Shown one piece after another: positions 62,301 to 64,000 of a DNA stretch of 64,000 bases (positions are counted from its first letter, which is position 1; the number at the start of each line of letters is the position of its first letter). The notes under the pieces are model-generated. The model was not told the origin of the DNA. It searched no databases and saw nothing but the letters and a program-made list of their open reading frames with translations. Source of the stretch: Amoebophrya sp. A120 (taxonomy: Eukaryota; Protista; Dinoflagellata). Position numbers and translations under genes: made by a program. The DNA lies in NCBI GenBank assembly GCA_905178155.1, contig CAJINV010000003.1:2499065-2563064 (forward strand), written 5' to 3'.

Positions 62301-64000
62301 GAAGTATCCAGTATTCGGGCGGAGCAAGCCAGTTCCCCGGTGGTGGAGGATCTGTCGGGGCCGCTGCGCGAGGCGGAGGCGCGGCTACGAGCCATGACGT
62401 CCGAACTGGAGGATTACCAATCCGGAGCGAAGGTGGCCGCGTCGGTATCTGCGGCAAACGAAGAGGAAATGCGGCGGCAGATCGAGGAGGCCAAGGCGGC
62501 GGCACGCGCGGAGGCGGAAGAGGCGGCCAAGGAGGAACTGGAAAAGACCAAGTCCATTCTGGCCGAAACGCAGAACGCGAATGTGGAAGATCCAGAGTGG
62601 TCTAACATCAAGCGAAAGTACTCCGAAGCCTCGGCGAACTGGGTGGATGAGCTCGTTTCAAGCAGGGTATGCATGTCCTTGATTGTGAATTAATTTTCCA
62701 AAGATAAAGAAGTCGCAGCTGCAAAACCAAAAGTAAAACCCGTTCGTTGATGATTTATTAGAGGCCTCGTTTATTTGAAACTCTGCGCAGTTGTTTCTCG
62801 CGATAGAAAGTAGCAAGTTGGTGTAATTCTTCATTCATGAGTTACATACTGTTACTAACTCATAAAACCGCACCGCCGTCGTCGTCGAAAGAATAAGAAT
62901 TTACTTGGGAGACAAGATCCTGTAGCCGGTTTGTCGAGAAACTGGTTCTTGTGTTTGTGATCTCCTACCTACGTAAACGTACTTATCTAAGTATCTCAAA
63001 AAAAAATTGAAATTTTGTCAATTTTTGCAGGAACGGGCGGAGTCTCAGATTTCAACTTTGACTAAGGACCTTGACCACTACATATCCACCGCAAATATGT
63101 CTGGGTCTGGAACGATGCGAACTTGTGATCATGCGCATTTCACAACGCATAAAAATGAAAATCTCTCATGAATAGGCAGCAAAAGGTGCCCACTTTGTGT
63201 CACCAAGATGGGGGATTTGTTATGCGGAATGGGCATCGCGGAAGGTTCTCGAAATCTGTGATGCTTCTAGGCCTTCCATGACAATCCTGCTGCTTCATGC
63301 AAAAAGAGCATGACAAAAATCTGCATTCTTCCAGACCCAGACATATTTGCACTTGATACTACAAGAGCGAGTACGACAAGATCAACGAGGAAGCGGAGGC
63401 GATGACAGCCGAAGTGGCGATATCCTGAGTAAACGAATGTCCCCACGACCCCAAAGTCAAGACGGAAATTTTCTAGGACAAGCCCAGAGCTTTTGAGCCT
63501 CGTCACGCATGAAAAATTTGGTTTTGCAGTTCCTTAGTCCTCTTGCGCAGGAGCTCGTAGTCCGGACGCATGACATTGACAAGCCGCTCCATTTTTTTTA
63601 TCCAGATTAGCGCATGACGATGACGACAGAGATTCCTGATCATCACTACAAATAATAATGAATGCCTTTCATGTAGTAGTTGGAGAGCCGGAGCCGCAGG
63701 AGAAACATTTTGAACATGCAAACTTGCATCTCAAATTTGGCCTGGGGACGTTTTTCCTCTGGATAGGCGAAGATGCAGCTGGAGGTCGAGAACGCGGCGG
63801 CGTCCATGTCAGTCGTGCATGCCACCGAGGTGGGCGGCGACGGCGACAGCAAGGCTGCCCGTGAGGCCATGCGCAGCTACCAGGCCTTATCCCACAGAAA
63901 AAAGCAGGTGGCATGGCATGTGTGTAATACAAAAAAAATACTAGTATACTTTATTGAGATGAGAGAAAGATCTGTCAACATGGATGATGGTGTGTACCAA
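59377..64000 (+). CDS. coiled-coil hypothetical protein with at least 8 TIR introns and 3 GT-AG introns (runs off the window end)
   Basis: Continuous frame: ..WYWNTA|NEFKSEVMFCNPVD|SDTPKLIIPLEV..LFRT|VRRQYYHDL..QELR/ENGGYLDPRK..RRYL|LSLFNAAG..KDAEM|SDLRMEC..DLDHY|KSEYDK..AEVA|KMQLEVEN. Confidence 0.8.
59617..59880. mobile_element. TIR introner-like element, family A (inverted relative to 12941 and 63083)
   Basis: DR CCGCG/CTGCG. Confidence 0.92.
59930..60198. mobile_element. TIR introner-like element, family A
   Basis: DR GACAG/GGCAG. Confidence 0.88.
60332..60543. mobile_element. TIR introner-like element, family C (inverted relative to 22785)
   Basis: TATCGTACGAAAAAAGTGTTTCACTG...CAGTGAAGCAGTTTTTTTTTGCGATA; DR CACTG/CACCA. 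Confidence 0.88.
61217..61425. mobile_element. TIR introner-like element, family E
   Basis: Close homolog of 42203; DR ACCTG/ACCTG. Confidence 0.92.
61892..62123. mobile_element. TIR introner-like element, family E-related
   Basis: TATCCAAGAAAAATAAAACTGTGT...ACACAGTTTTTTTCTTGCATA; DR ATGAG/ATGAG. Confidence 0.9.
63083..63358. mobile_element. TIR introner-like element, family A
   Basis: DR CTACA/CTACA. Confidence 0.92.
63421..63765. mobile_element. TIR introner-like element, family B
   Basis: TATCCTGAGTAAACGAATGTCCCCA...TGGGGACGTTTTTCCTCTGGATA; DR GGCGA/GGCGA. Confidence 0.9.
63888..64000. mobile_element. probable left end of a further TIR element (truncated by the window)
   Basis: Coding-like sequence breaks at TATCCCACAGAAAAAAG, the same TATC-N-A-run start pattern. 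Right end not visible. Confidence 0.5.

Noticed and set aside
12941-63358. Recurrent short ORF motifs such as KMSGSGR, KNVWVWK, LPDPDIF and QKCLGLE read as a repeated protein domain
   Set aside because: They are six-frame translations of the family A TIR, not proteins.
1-64000. Autonomous transposase, spliced-leader relic, tRNA or rRNA genes
   Set aside because: None recognisable by eye; absence was not verified computationally.

Overview
Eukaryotic protist genomic DNA. About 12 intron-containing genes all lie on the + strand, and the style strongly resembles the parasitic dinoflagellate Amoebophrya (inference from gene architecture, not a database match). The dominant feature is a set of 32 complete plus 1 edge-truncated non-autonomous elements of 161-549 bp. 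They fall into at least 6 sequence families, all start TAT(C/G) and end mostly (C/G)ATA, and carry terminal inverted repeats and 5-bp flanking direct repeats. Most sit inside coding exons. Where I could check the frame, removing the element plus exactly 5 nt rejoins it, restoring for example CobW, LicD and HAD motifs. This usually happens without GT-AG ends and works in either element orientation, so they behave as introner-like non-canonical introns alongside ordinary GT-AG introns. Host genes include a COG0523/CobW GTPase, a LicD-family protein split by 9 elements, a DWDDT HAD-family protein, a GAMT-like/OB-fold/Lys-rich fusion, a giant protein with a degenerate Ras-like N-terminus, an LRR protein and coiled-coil proteins. 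Two 1.1-1.3 kb GC-rich segments flanked by long (29 and 44 bp) direct repeats may be a second insertion class.
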